Part shown: in pieces, positions 19,933 to 29,067 of the stretch
How positions within the stretch are numbered: the first letter of the stretch is position 1
How the letters are laid out: each line of letters starts with the position of its first letter
Source: Bacilli bacterium
GTDB lineage: Bacteria > Bacillota_I > Bacilli_A > RFN20 > CAG-826
Length of the DNA: 64,000 nucleotides
Direction: 5' to 3'
NCBI GenBank assembly: GCA_045114745.1
Contig: JBGULD010000011.1
Span: 190 to 64,189, forward strand
Program-made: the position numbers and the translations under genes
The notes under the pieces: generated by a model
The model's input: only the letters and a program-made list of their open reading frames with translations
Told to the model about the DNA's origin: nothing
Database searches by the model: none

Positions 19933-20958
19933 ATGGATGAACAAAGCCCAAAAGTTATTGAGAAAAAGAAGATAAATTTCTTCGACAAATTCGGTTGGTT
20001 AGTGGCCGCGATATGTGGAACATTGGCCGTATTGTTCCTTTTAGGAACAGTTGTCACAATTAAATTAAAGATTCCCGGAGAAGGAGATGAAGTAATTAAG
20101 AAAATCATCGACTTACATTTATGGGATTATTTTCAAGGTAAATATGAATATGATTGGACGATGTATGTCACACTTGGTTTATTGATTTTGGGTGTCATTA
20201 CTTCATGTCTAGAAAAACTAAAAAAAGGATTTGGCTCTGCATCGAGTATGCTATTTTTATTAGCCATTCCGATGCTTGCTTTAACTAGAGAATTCTTCGC
20301 TTCAAATAATGTTGAATATATGTCTTCAGTTACCTTTGGTTGGGGTAGTAATGTTTCAATTGCTCTTTCCATTTGTGCAGCGGTTCTCGCTTTATCTAGT
20401 GAGTTCTCCACAAATCCGATTGTCACCAGACAAATCGCGGAAGATGGTATTCTCATTGCCGCGGCATTCATTCTTAATCTAATTAAGATTCCTCTCGCGG
20501 CAGGTGCTGGTTCTGTTAACTTCCAAATGTTACCATTATTCATTATCGCTTTAAGACATGGCCCATCTCATGGATTAGTTTGTGGTGGCATTATCTATGG
20601 ATTAATCACATGCTTAACAGATGGTTGGGGATTCGCCTCTTATCCATTTGATTATTTAATCGGTTTCGGTAGTGTGATGGTTATGGGATATTTCTCTAAA
20701 CTCATCTTTAGCAAAAAACAAACATGGTATAACGTCAAAGGTGAAATTTTCTTATTTGTCGGTGCGGTTATAGCGACATTGATTAGATTTATCGGATCAA
20801 CTGCTTCTTCAATGATTATTTATAAGTACACATTTGCCGCAGCACTTGCATATAATGCAATCTATATTCCGGTCAGTGGATTAATCGCTATTGCGGTCTT
20901 AATGGCGGCTTATGGACCAATCGCTAAGATACAACATCGTTATCCAGTAAAAAGATAA
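19933..20958 (+). CDS. thiT: thiamine transporter, ECF-type S-component ThiT-like domain with an N-terminal membrane extension
   Basis: ATG at 19933 follows GGAGG and lies directly downstream of the TPP riboswitch. The C-terminal ~180 aa (ILIAAAFILNLIKIPLAAGAGSVNFQMLPLFIIALRHGPSHGLVCGGIIYGL...) resembles an ECF S-component, and the N-terminal ~150 aa add further TM segments. Confidence 0.55.
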   Translation: MDEQSPKVIEKKKINFFDKFGWLVAAICGTLAVLFLLGTVVTIKLKIPGEGDEVIKKIIDLHLWDYFQGKYEYDWTMYVTLGLLILGVITSCLEKLKKGFGSASSMLFLLAIPMLALTREFFASNNVEYMSSVTFGWGSNVSIALSICAAVLALSSEFSTNPIVTRQIAEDGILIAAAFILNLIKIPLAAGAGSVNFQMLPLFIIALRHGPSHGLVCGGIIYGLITCLTDGWGFASYPFDYLIGFGSVMVMGYFSKLIFSKKQTWYNVKGEIFLFVGAVIATLIRFIGSTASSMIIYKYTFAAALAYNAIYIPVSGLIAIAVLMAAYGPIAKIQHRYPVKR

Positions 20959-20978
20959 ATTCTATATTTTATAATTTT

Positions 20979-21043
20979 GCCCTCGTATCAGTATTATTTT
21001 CTAATTTAATATGTTATATTTATTAGAAAGCGAGGGCTTTTAT
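20979..21043 (+). promoter_or_regulatory. long imperfect hairpin (GCCCTCG...CGAGGGC with nested TTCTAAT/ATTAGAA) between thiT and the next gene; probable terminator or SD-sequestering structure
   Basis: A 7-bp GC-rich inverted repeat encloses a 7-bp AT inverted repeat. The 3' arm CGAGGGC contains the only SD-like element for the ATG at 21044 and is followed by TTTTAT. Confidence 0.4.
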
Positions 21044-22066
21044 ATGTCTGATGTATCAAAAGAAAAGATTGAAGAAAAAGAAAACACCGAAAATGTAAAA
21101 GAAGAAGCGGTTGAAGACGTTAACGATCTTTTACCAAAAGGTGAAAAAATAGAAAAACCCGCTGCCGATGCCGAAGATTATGGTGTGACAGTGGAGAATG
21201 CTCGTTTAGCATTCCAAGCGAAATTTAAAAGAGGACGCCGCAATAGTTATATTGTTATGGCTGTCATTTTAGCGGTGGCAGTTGCTTCTGTTATTTGTAT
21301 CACTATGAAGGCTATGGTCTTTAAGATCATCGGCTGGTCTTTAGTGGGTTCCGCGGTTGTCGGAATGATTGTCTATTACATTGTGAATAGAAACATCTTA
21401 CCAAGCGCCACTAAGGAATATATCGCCTTAGTGAATAGATGCTTTAACGGCAGAAACTTCTCTAACAACAAATTCACCGATGTGACCACTGATGAGAACG
21501 AGAGATTTGAATTATCTGATCCAATTAGTGACCGTATCTATAAAGATTTAAATAATATTGCTTCTAGAAATGTTATCAATGGTCATTTCTCTAAGAGAAC
21601 CTTTAAAGCTGGAGATATGGGCTTATATAGTGGAGCGGGCAAAAACCGTCGTTCTTTGTTTGTTGGTAAATATGTTTCCTATCCAAATGATTTGCATTTT
21701 GAAAACCGTTATATCTTAGTCATGAAAGGTGTTTCCGCAGTAGATTTGCCTGATGATATTGAAGATTTAAAAGTTCTTTCTGAACAAGATGGGTTAACCA
21801 TTTATGGTCCAGAAGGTGCGAAATTTGAAAGTGATTTAACCAAAGAATTTATAAAGAAAGTTAAGGGTATTGCTGTTGAAAGACATTTACTCAATCTCGA
21901 TCTTGTGATTTGGAGTGGTCATTCTTCCGCATATATGTCATATGACGATGTCATTATGACTTTACCTTTTGAAAAAGAATTCGATAAAGATAGCAATGAG
22001 CAATATGCATCTAATCTATTAGATGTCTTAAATGCTTTTGAACTTTTAGTGAAGAAGGAAAAATAA
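21044..22066 (+). CDS. hypothetical membrane protein (acidic N-terminus, 2 TM, C-terminal soluble domain)
   Basis: The ORF is 351 aa, and the likely start is ATG at 21044 (MSDVSKEK...). It has no recognisable catalytic motif. Confidence 0.5.
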   Translation: MSDVSKEKIEEKENTENVKEEAVEDVNDLLPKGEKIEKPAADAEDYGVTVENARLAFQAKFKRGRRNSYIVMAVILAVAVASVICITMKAMVFKIIGWSLVGSAVVGMIVYYIVNRNILPSATKEYIALVNRCFNGRNFSNNKFTDVTTDENERFELSDPISDRIYKDLNNIASRNVINGHFSKRTFKAGDMGLYSGAGKNRRSLFVGKYVSYPNDLHFENRYILVMKGVSAVDLPDDIEDLKVLSEQDGLTIYGPEGAKFESDLTKEFIKKVKGIAVERHLLNLDLVIWSGHSSAYMSYDDVIMTLPFEKEFDKDSNEQYASNLLDVLNAFELLVKKEK

Positions 22067-22067
22067 G

Positions 22068-22613
22068 ATGTCAATCGTAGGTCGTTGGCTTGGCGTTCAA
22101 TGCTTTAAACATAATGGTAGCCTTCATCGTTGTTGGGACCGTGGTTTAGTATTGGAAAATACACCTGAATATATTGTCACCGCCACCAAAAGAGCGAAGG
22201 TTGTTGAAAGTAATGGTAGACGTTGGTTTACCAAAGAACCAGCAGTTACCATCTTCTCCAAGAAGGAGTGGTGGAATGTTATCTGCATGATTAAACAAGA
22301 TGGCATTTGCTATTACTGCAATATCGCCTCTCCAAGTATTGTGGGTCACGACTGTATCAAATATATCGATTACGATTTAGATACCAAGCTATTCACTAAT
22401 AGTGAAATCAAAGTGCTTGATGAAAAAGAATACGCTCATCATAAAGCTACATATCAATATGGTGATGACTTAGATACTGTATTAAGATATACAACCAATA
22501 TCATCATTCAAAGAATGAAGAAAAGAGAATTCCCATTCAATGATGATAAGATCAAAGAATATTTCAACCAATATCTAGAAATGACAAAAAAGAAAGATGA
22601 TGAAGCCTATTAA
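22068..22613 (+). CDS. ntdp: nucleoside tri/diphosphate phosphatase Ntdp (DUF402, YgaC-like)
   Basis: The product matches the YgaC/Ntdp family along its whole length (HNGSLHRCWDRGLVLENTPEYIV...EPAVTIFSKKEWWNVICMIKQDGICYYCNIASP...IKYIDYDLD). Confidence 0.75.
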   Translation: MSIVGRWLGVQCFKHNGSLHRCWDRGLVLENTPEYIVTATKRAKVVESNGRRWFTKEPAVTIFSKKEWWNVICMIKQDGICYYCNIASPSIVGHDCIKYIDYDLDTKLFTNSEIKVLDEKEYAHHKATYQYGDDLDTVLRYTTNIIIQRMKKREFPFNDDKIKEYFNQYLEMTKKKDDEAY

Positions 22614-22627
22614 CTTAGGCTTTATCT

Positions 22628-23086
22628 TTGCTAATAATGAAAGAGATTACTAAGTTAACACATAATAAAGAAGAAACCATGGAATTAGCTAGAAAGTTAG
22701 CTAATCGTCTTCCTAATGGAATTACTTTAACTTTGACTGGCGATTTAGGTGCCGGCAAAACCACTTTTGTGCGTGGAGTTGCCGAAGGCCTTGATATTAA
22801 AGAAGTTGTACAATCTCCAACATTTAATATCATGAAGATTTACCTTAAAGGTAATAGACCACTTATTCATATCGATGCTTATCGTCTAGCGGATTTGGAT
22901 ACCGACATTGGATTAGATGAATTTATCGGTTATGAAACTGGTATCACGATGATTGAGTGGCCAATTTATATTGAAAAATTAATTCCAGAAACCGCTGTTG
23001 AAGTGGAAATTAAAAACCTCGGTGGCGATGACCGTCAGATTAGATTTTTATTAAAAGATGATTCTCTTTGGGAGATATTTCAATAA
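22628..23086 (+). CDS. tsaE: tRNA threonylcarbamoyladenosine biosynthesis protein TsaE
   Basis: P-loop GDLGAGKTTFVRG and the TsaE/YjeE family architecture. It is the first gene of the tsaE-tsaB-rimI-tsaD set. Confidence 0.85.
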   Translation: MLIMKEITKLTHNKEETMELARKLANRLPNGITLTLTGDLGAGKTTFVRGVAEGLDIKEVVQSPTFNIMKIYLKGNRPLIHIDAYRLADLDTDIGLDEFIGYETGITMIEWPIYIEKLIPETAVEVEIKNLGGDDRQIRFLLKDDSLWEIFQ

Positions 23087-23670
23087 TGTTTACCATCTTA
23101 CTTGATTCATCAAACACATCTTTAACTGTCGGTCTTGCTAAAGATAATGAAATGTTAGAAAGCGTTTCTTATGAAGCGTGGCAATCTCAATCGGAACATA
23201 TGATTCCCGAACTCAATAAACTTTTGGATAAATATGGTGCTTCTAGAAATGAGATTAAAGAAGTAGTGGTTGCCATTGGACCTGGATCCTATACGGGTGT
23301 CAGAATTGCTATAACTATCGCTAAAACCATTGCCGCAGTTATTGATTGTAAGGTATACACAATTAGTTCATTAAGATGTCAAAAAGACCGCAAAAACCCG
23401 TCAATTTGTCTAATAAATGCTAGAAGTGGCCGTTCTTACGTCGGTGTTTTTGAAGATGAAAAGATATTATTAAAAGACTCCATTATGACTAACGATAAAG
23501 TCATGGAATATATAAATGAACATCCAGATTATGTCGTATGTGGAAACGTAAAATATTTAGGTATTGAAGGCAAGGAACCTGATATCGCTAGAGAATTATT
23601 AGCTCTTAAGAGTGCTGTTAAACCAGTTAAAGATCCTTTAGCCATCAAACCTGTTTATATGAAGGATTAG
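23086..23670 (+). CDS. tsaB: tRNA threonylcarbamoyladenosine biosynthesis protein TsaB
   Basis: The ATG overlaps the tsaE stop (TAATG). The N-terminus MFTILLDSSNTSLTVGLAKD is a YeaZ/TsaB inactive Kae1 homologue, and GPGSYTGVRIA is present. Confidence 0.85.
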   Translation: MFTILLDSSNTSLTVGLAKDNEMLESVSYEAWQSQSEHMIPELNKLLDKYGASRNEIKEVVVAIGPGSYTGVRIAITIAKTIAAVIDCKVYTISSLRCQKDRKNPSICLINARSGRSYVGVFEDEKILLKDSIMTNDKVMEYINEHPDYVVCGNVKYLGIEGKEPDIARELLALKSAVKPVKDPLAIKPVYMKD

Positions 23671-23671
23671 T

Positions 23672-24145
23672 ATGGACTATTTATACGTGACTGTTAGAGA
23701 AGCTACAGATAATGATGTTCCTGCAATTCTTGAATTAGAAGGATTGTGCTTTAAAGCACCATGGAAGAAAGAAGATATCCTATATGAACTCCATGATAAT
23801 CCAGTGAGCAATGTCTGGGTCATTGAATTAGAAGAGAAAAGTCAAAACCTCAAATCCGTTGTTGGCTTTTGTGATTATTGGCATACCTTTGATTCAGCAA
23901 CCATTGCTCAAATCGCTGTCCATCCCCAACTACAGAGAAAGCAACTTGGTAGTGCGATGATGGATGAGATTATTAATGATTGCTACGCAAAGAAAGTGAG
24001 AACCCTTACTTTAGAAGTCAGAGCAGACAATGAGAAAGCTATTAATTTTTATTTGAAGCATGGTTTTAAAAAAGAATTAGTCAAACCCAGATATTACGAT
24101 AATGGGGATGATGCTGTTTATATGATTAGAAAGGTGGAAGATTGA
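23672..24145 (+). CDS. rimI: ribosomal-protein-alanine N-acetyltransferase (GNAT)
   Basis: The GNAT motif RKQLGSAMMDEII, a 157-aa size and the conserved position between tsaB and tsaD. Confidence 0.75.
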   Translation: MDYLYVTVREATDNDVPAILELEGLCFKAPWKKEDILYELHDNPVSNVWVIELEEKSQNLKSVVGFCDYWHTFDSATIAQIAVHPQLQRKQLGSAMMDEIINDCYAKKVRTLTLEVRADNEKAINFYLKHGFKKELVKPRYYDNGDDAVYMIRKVED

Positions 24146-24146
24146 T

Positions 24147-25160
24147 ATGGCGTTAATACTCGCTATTGAATCTAGTTGTGATGAAACTTCCGTTGCCATC
24201 ATCAAAGATGGTAAACTCCTTTCTAATGTTGTCAGTACACAAATTGAAGTCCATCAAAAATATGGCGGCGTGATGCCGGAGATTGCTTCTAGACTCCATG
24301 CTGAAAATATTGGTGTGGTCCTCAAAGAAGCGGTTGAACAAGCTAACATTAAGTTAGAGGATGTTGATGCTTTCGCAGTTACGCGTGGTCCCGGACTTAT
24401 AGGTGCCTTACATGTCGGATTACAATGTGCGAAGACGCTCGCGATGCTCTATAAGAAACCATTAATCCCTGTTCACCATTTAACTGGACATATTTATGCA
24501 AATGAGTTTATTGAACCATTGGAGTTCCCTCTTCTTGCCGTTGTTGTTTCCGGTGGGAATAGCGAACTAGTAATTATGGAAAAATCAATGGACTTTAAGG
24601 TCATTGGTGAAACTAGGGATGACGCGATTGGCGAATGCTATGACAAGGTTGCTCGTGTATTAGGACTTCCTTATCCAGGCGGTATTCCAATTGATAAATT
24701 AGCTAAGGAAGGAAAACACACTTATAATCTTCCAATTCCACTTCATGGTGAGCACACATATGATTTATCATATTCTGGTTTAAAAACTAATATTATTAAC
24801 TTAGTTCATAACCTAGAACAAAAAGGTGAAAAAGTTAATGTCCCTGATATGTGCAAATCATTCCAAGATGTTGCTGTTGGTTTGGTTATTGATCGTGCGA
24901 AGAAAGCGGTTGAAGAATATAAAGTCAAGCAAGTTATCTTAGCGGGTGGTGTCAGTGCGAATTCTTATTTAAGAAGCGAAATGAAGCGTGAGATGGAAAG
25001 TAGGAATATCAAAATCATTATTCCTCCAATGTGGTGTTGTACTGACCAAGCAGCGATGATTGCTAAAGTTGCAGAACACTTATATGAAATGAAAGTTTTC
25101 GCTCCATTAGATATAGGTGTTGACCCCAACTGGTTTATTGAAGATTACAAAAACTTCTAA
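24147..25160 (+). CDS. tsaD: tRNA N6-adenosine threonylcarbamoyltransferase TsaD
   Basis: MALILAIESSCDETSVAI, the metal-binding HHLTGH and VSGGVSANS, all typical of the Kae1/TsaD family. Confidence 0.9.
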   Translation: MALILAIESSCDETSVAIIKDGKLLSNVVSTQIEVHQKYGGVMPEIASRLHAENIGVVLKEAVEQANIKLEDVDAFAVTRGPGLIGALHVGLQCAKTLAMLYKKPLIPVHHLTGHIYANEFIEPLEFPLLAVVVSGGNSELVIMEKSMDFKVIGETRDDAIGECYDKVARVLGLPYPGGIPIDKLAKEGKHTYNLPIPLHGEHTYDLSYSGLKTNIINLVHNLEQKGEKVNVPDMCKSFQDVAVGLVIDRAKKAVEEYKVKQVILAGGVSANSYLRSEMKREMESRNIKIIIPPMWCCTDQAAMIAKVAEHLYEMKVFAPLDIGVDPNWFIEDYKNF

Positions 25161-25213
25161 TTATTCAATAAAATAATTAAATAAATGATATAATTTATGA
25201 CGAGGTGATGAAA

Positions 25214-26605
25214 ATGGAACCTATTAAAACAACAAATTTTGAATTATTCGATATCGTTTGTAACGGTAGCGAAGAAGAAAAACGCGAAGCTAAATTCGTT
25301 GAACTTGAAGGTTGGGTGAAAACCAATCGTGATAATGGTTCAATCGGCTTTGTGGAATTTAATGATGGTACTTGTTTTAAGAATGTTCAACTTGTTTATA
25401 ACAAAGATAGCAAAGGTTATGATGTTTTAACATCATTAAGAACTGGCGCTGCAATTAGAGTGGTGGGTGAAGTAGTTCTTACTCCTGAGAATAAACAACC
25501 CTTTGAAATTCATGTTAATGAATGTGAATTAGAAGGTGGAGTAGATGACGATTATCCTCTTCAAAAGAAGAGACACTCGTTTGAATTCTTACGCGAGATT
25601 GCCCACATTCGTCCACGTGCAAATACATTCCAAGCCGTTTATAGAGTGCGTTCTGTTTTATCCATGGCTATTCATGAATTCTTCCAAGAAAGAGGATTCA
25701 TCTATGTTCATACTCCATTAATCACCACAAACGATGGTGAAGGTGCTGGTAATGTTTTTGATGTCACTACACATGACACTAAAGATCCAAACTATTTCTA
25801 TGGCCGTAAAGTCAACTTAACAGTCACTGGACAATTACATGTTGAGCCATTTGCTTTAGCATTTAGAGATGTCTATACCTTTGGTCCTGCTTTTAGGGCG
25901 GAGCATAGTAACACTGTTAGACATGCCTCTGAATTCTGGATGGTGGAACCAGAAATCGCTTTTGCGGATTTATCTGACAATATGGATTTAATCGAAGATT
26001 GTGTGAAATTCTGCATTAACTACATCATGAAATCATGCCCAGATGAAATGAACTTCTTCAATTCCATGATTGATAACACATTATTGGAAAGACTCAATCA
26101 TGTCGTTAATAGCGAATTCAAGAGAATGAGTTATTCCGAAGGAATTAAATTATTACAAGAAGCCGTGAAGAATGGTCATAAATTTGATAATCCAAATATT
26201 GAATGGGGTATGGATTTACAATCTGAACACGAAAGATATCTAACTGAACAAATCGTTAAAGGACCATTATTCTTAATCGATTATCCAAAAGAAATCAAAG
26301 CTTTCTATATGAGATTAAACGATGATGGTAAGACCGTTGCCGCTTGTGACTTATTAGTCCCAATGGTGGGCGAACTTGTCGGTGGTTCTCAAAGAGAAGA
26401 AAGATATGAACTTCTCAAAGCTAAGATGGAAGAACTCGGAAACGATAAAGGCCTTGAATGGTATTTAGATACCCGTCGTTATGGTGGATGCCGTCACTCC
26501 GGATTTGGTATTGGTTTTGATCGTTTATTAATGTATATTACAGGTATGCAAAATATCCGTGATGTTCAACCTTATCCACGTACATCTGGATCAATCAAAT
26601 ATTAA
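25214..26605 (+). CDS. asnS: asparagine--tRNA ligase
   Basis: The class IIb signature is present throughout (FRAEHSNTVRHASEFWMVEPE, GGSQREERYELL, GFGIGFDRLLMYITG..NIRDV.PYPRT). The likely start is ATG at 25214, after GAGGTG and a TATAAT -10 element. Confidence 0.9.
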   Translation: MEPIKTTNFELFDIVCNGSEEEKREAKFVELEGWVKTNRDNGSIGFVEFNDGTCFKNVQLVYNKDSKGYDVLTSLRTGAAIRVVGEVVLTPENKQPFEIHVNECELEGGVDDDYPLQKKRHSFEFLREIAHIRPRANTFQAVYRVRSVLSMAIHEFFQERGFIYVHTPLITTNDGEGAGNVFDVTTHDTKDPNYFYGRKVNLTVTGQLHVEPFALAFRDVYTFGPAFRAEHSNTVRHASEFWMVEPEIAFADLSDNMDLIEDCVKFCINYIMKSCPDEMNFFNSMIDNTLLERLNHVVNSEFKRMSYSEGIKLLQEAVKNGHKFDNPNIEWGMDLQSEHERYLTEQIVKGPLFLIDYPKEIKAFYMRLNDDGKTVAACDLLVPMVGELVGGSQREERYELLKAKMEELGNDKGLEWYLDTRRYGGCRHSGFGIGFDRLLMYITGMQNIRDVQPYPRTSGSIKY

Positions 26606-26607
26606 TT

Positions 26608-26754
26608 ATGGAAGAGAATAAAAAAGTACTTACTCCCGAAGAACAAGCTAGAAAAGATAAACTTCATTTTCGTTTGTTTGTATTGTTAATTATCTTCGAT
26701 ATTTTATTGGTTGGATATCTAGTCTACGAGATGATTAAAATCTTTGTTAAATAA
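26608..26754 (+). CDS. small membrane peptide (48 aa) immediately downstream of asnS
   Basis: The ATG lies 2 nt after the asnS stop. The product is MEENKKVLTPEEQARKDKLHFRLFVLLIIFDILLVGYLVYEMIKIFVK, which has a single TM segment. A terminator follows directly. Confidence 0.35.
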   Translation: MEENKKVLTPEEQARKDKLHFRLFVLLIIFDILLVGYLVYEMIKIFVK

Positions 26755-26786
26755 AAAAAATCCTAACTTAGTTAGGATTTTTTATT
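26753..26786. terminator. bidirectional rho-independent terminator
   Basis: A8, then an 8-bp stem ATCCTAAC-tta-GTTAGGAT, then T5. It serves asnS/small ORF on the plus strand and gene 26782-27456 on the minus strand. Confidence 0.75.
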
Positions 26787-27456
26787 GGTTCTCGTTATTG
26801 TTTGGTTCATTATTTTGCATGCCTTGTTGTTGAGAATAATGAACGTTTTGATTGAAACCTTCTAATGTCTTTTCAAATGCGGTTGTCGATAATTTATACA
26901 TTCTAAATGTTCTTGCGATTAATGATTGTAAAGCGATTAAATACCAGATTGCACCGACAGAGGCGAAGATAACAAATATATATCCACCCCAGGCATCTAA
27001 AACGAAGTGTGGTGTATTGACTAATTTTGGCCAATTAACAACTAGTGAGATACCATCTCTTTTGAAACATACTGAGAAATCCCATAGGAACAATAGTGAA
27101 CCGAAACCAGTATCTTTATTAAATGGGTTATAAGAGAAATCTTTATAAATAGCGTCTCTAACGATGAGCATGATAACCGCAAAGAGCATTAAGAGGATAG
27201 CAATATATGATTGTTTGAAGAATAATCTCCAATTTTTCTTTCTGGCATATCTAATAAAGTGGTGCTTATCAGTGATAACTCTAGTGACAACAGCGTCGGC
27301 CACTAATGTATCTAGTTTCTTACCTTGCCACTTCATAACTCTAGTGATGAGGAAACCGATATAACCGATTAAAACAATGACTAGGATGAGGACTAAAAGA
27401 ATAGCAAAAATAAGTCGTTTGTCATTTTCTGATAATGAAATAAAAACATTAAACAT
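26782..27456 (-). CDS. membrane protein (4-5 TM) with Asn/Gln-rich C-terminus, unknown
   Basis: A 224-aa ORF with a C-terminal QQQGMQNNEPNNNENQ. It is the last gene of a three-gene minus-strand set. Confidence 0.5.
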   Translation of the reverse strand: MFNVFISLSENDKRLIFAILLVLILVIVLIGYIGFLITRVMKWQGKKLDTLVADAVVTRVITDKHHFIRYARKKNWRLFFKQSYIAILLMLFAVIMLIVRDAIYKDFSYNPFNKDTGFGSLLFLWDFSVCFKRDGISLVVNWPKLVNTPHFVLDAWGGYIFVIFASVGAIWYLIALQSLIARTFRMYKLSTTAFEKTLEGFNQNVHYSQQQGMQNNEPNNNENQ

Positions 27457-27473
27457 ACTATCTATCCCCCTTC

Positions 27474-28073
27474 CTAATTAAAGTCAATATCGATACCGGA
27501 ATCAGAATCATCATCTTCATCATCGATGTCACTAATTTCTAAAATACTGTCATTTTGCACAGTTTTTTCCACAGAAATGACATCTTCTGTCTTTTTCTTT
27601 TCTTCTGGTTTTTCCTCAATGATTTGTTTCTCTTCTTCTAAAGGCATTTCAAAAACATTGGTTTCTGGTTCAGGATTCTCTTCTAATTCATTTTCAATTT
27701 CTGGTTCTTCTTCAAAAGCTTGAGTCTCTTCGAGTTGTTCTTGAGTTTTCAAGTATTCTGGAACATAGAATGGATCATTAGAAATATCATCTTCTGGTTT
27801 TGCTTCCTCATATTGTTCTACACTAGGTCCAGTAGTGGTTTCTTCTTTAAATTCATTTTTATCATAGATACCTAAGCGTTTCTTGGCTTCTATATCTTCT
27901 GGTAAATCTTCATATAAAGAACGACCGGTGAAGAATAAAACTAATCCCTTAATCGCGAGATAAATGAATATGAAAAGCGCTACCACAGCATAGCCGGCAA
28001 GTGCGACCGCTAAGAATGGTAATACAAAGATATATAGGATTCCTTTTCCGAAATTTTTAAAGAAATTAATCAT
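27474..28073 (-). CDS. membrane protein: N-terminal TM hairpin plus ~130-aa highly acidic disordered tail, unknown
   Basis: The N-terminus is GILYIFVLPFLAVALAGYAVVALFIFIYLAIKGLVLFF. The tail is EEEPEIENELEENPEPETN...DIDDEDDDSDSGIDIDFN. Confidence 0.5.
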   Translation of the reverse strand: MINFFKNFGKGILYIFVLPFLAVALAGYAVVALFIFIYLAIKGLVLFFTGRSLYEDLPEDIEAKKRLGIYDKNEFKEETTTGPSVEQYEEAKPEDDISNDPFYVPEYLKTQEQLEETQAFEEEPEIENELEENPEPETNVFEMPLEEEKQIIEEKPEEKKKTEDVISVEKTVQNDSILEISDIDDEDDDSDSGIDIDFN

Positions 28074-28077
28074 ACTG

Positions 28078-28989
28078 CTATTTTATTGTATATTTACTGT
28101 CGCCTTTTAACAAATAATTATTGATTAAAACAATAATTCCTTCGATAAAGAAGAATATATTTATAAATATTAAACCTAATGGTTCTTTCGCTAAAGGATA
28201 GAGCAAAGCGAACAAAAAGATAGAAACAATAAATCCAATTGCTAAGGCAATATAAACAATAATGTTTTTAGACTCAATTAATAATGAGAGTGCATAGATA
28301 CCTAGTAACAAACCAAATAAAGTCATCAAATATGATAATGGCCCATAGACAAACATAAAAACTATTGATAGAACAACGCAAACTCCTAGAGAGATTGTTA
28401 ATGATAAAGGAAGGTTCTTTGGAGTATTTAATTCATATCCAAAAACAGGAAGTTCTTCTCTTATGACCATGAACGCAAGTATTTCTTGAGCTAGAGAAAT
28501 AAAGAATATGAAACATGGAGTAACATAATTGAGATATTGGAAGTCCGCTATTCCAAATGCGGTTGCAAAGACTTCAATAATGTCTCTACCAGTAAATAAC
28601 TTAATTAGTGGGATGCTAGCATAAGTAAATCCGATCTGTAGAATAGTGGTAATAATAATAATCCAAAAAGATGGAACTTTCTTCTCCACTAGTAGTCCGA
28701 ATATAAAACCGGATATGACAGATGGGATAACGTAGAAGATTGTGTCATCAATTCTCCATATCGTGCATATCATACAAAGACCAATCGTAGCCACCGCATA
28801 GATAGGAAAATATATTTTCTTACAATGTAGGGTTACAACGACCGATGTTAAAGGTAAAACGAAAACAATTAAAAAGAATAAGAATGGAACAAATGTAGTT
28901 AATAGAACAAAGATAACATTAATCGCTGCCATCAAGGCCATATAGGTAATGTTTTGTACTAATGTTTCTCTTTTCTTAAATGGCTTCAT
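28078..28989 (-). CDS. polytopic integral membrane protein (8-9 TM), unknown
   Basis: The product is 303 aa and hydrophobic throughout. Its stop is 4 nt before the next ORF start, which suggests an operon. Confidence 0.5.
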   Translation of the reverse strand: MKPFKKRETLVQNITYMALMAAINVIFVLLTTFVPFLFFLIVFVLPLTSVVVTLHCKKIYFPIYAVATIGLCMICTIWRIDDTIFYVIPSVISGFIFGLLVEKKVPSFWIIIITTILQIGFTYASIPLIKLFTGRDIIEVFATAFGIADFQYLNYVTPCFIFFISLAQEILAFMVIREELPVFGYELNTPKNLPLSLTISLGVCVVLSIVFMFVYGPLSYLMTLFGLLLGIYALSLLIESKNIIVYIALAIGFIVSIFLFALLYPLAKEPLGLIFINIFFFIEGIIVLINNYLLKGDSKYTIK

Positions 28990-29067
28990 ACTAAAAAGTT
29001 TATCATTTTAAAACTTTTTTGAGACAAAAATCGCAAAAAGTTCGTATTTATATAATAGGAGAGACCT

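Noticed and set aside
19689-20543. Minus-strand ORFs (139 aa and 136 aa) antisense to ung/thiT
   Set aside because: They lie entirely within the better-supported plus-strand genes and the TPP riboswitch and have no RBS. They are typical shadow ORFs.
25161-25213. T-box leaders expected upstream of asnS, and of glnS at 60198-60400
   Set aside because: The asnS leader is only ~50 nt and contains just a TATAAT promoter. No T-box consensus (AATTAGGGTGGTACCGCG or its complement) was seen upstream of glnS either.
28986-29012. Perfect 9-bp AT-only inverted repeat as a terminator
   Set aside because: It is all A/T with a 9-nt loop, so it would be a very weak hairpin, and it sits at the 5' end (start codon) of the minus-strand operon, not the 3' end. 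An operator is more plausible, as noted under findings.
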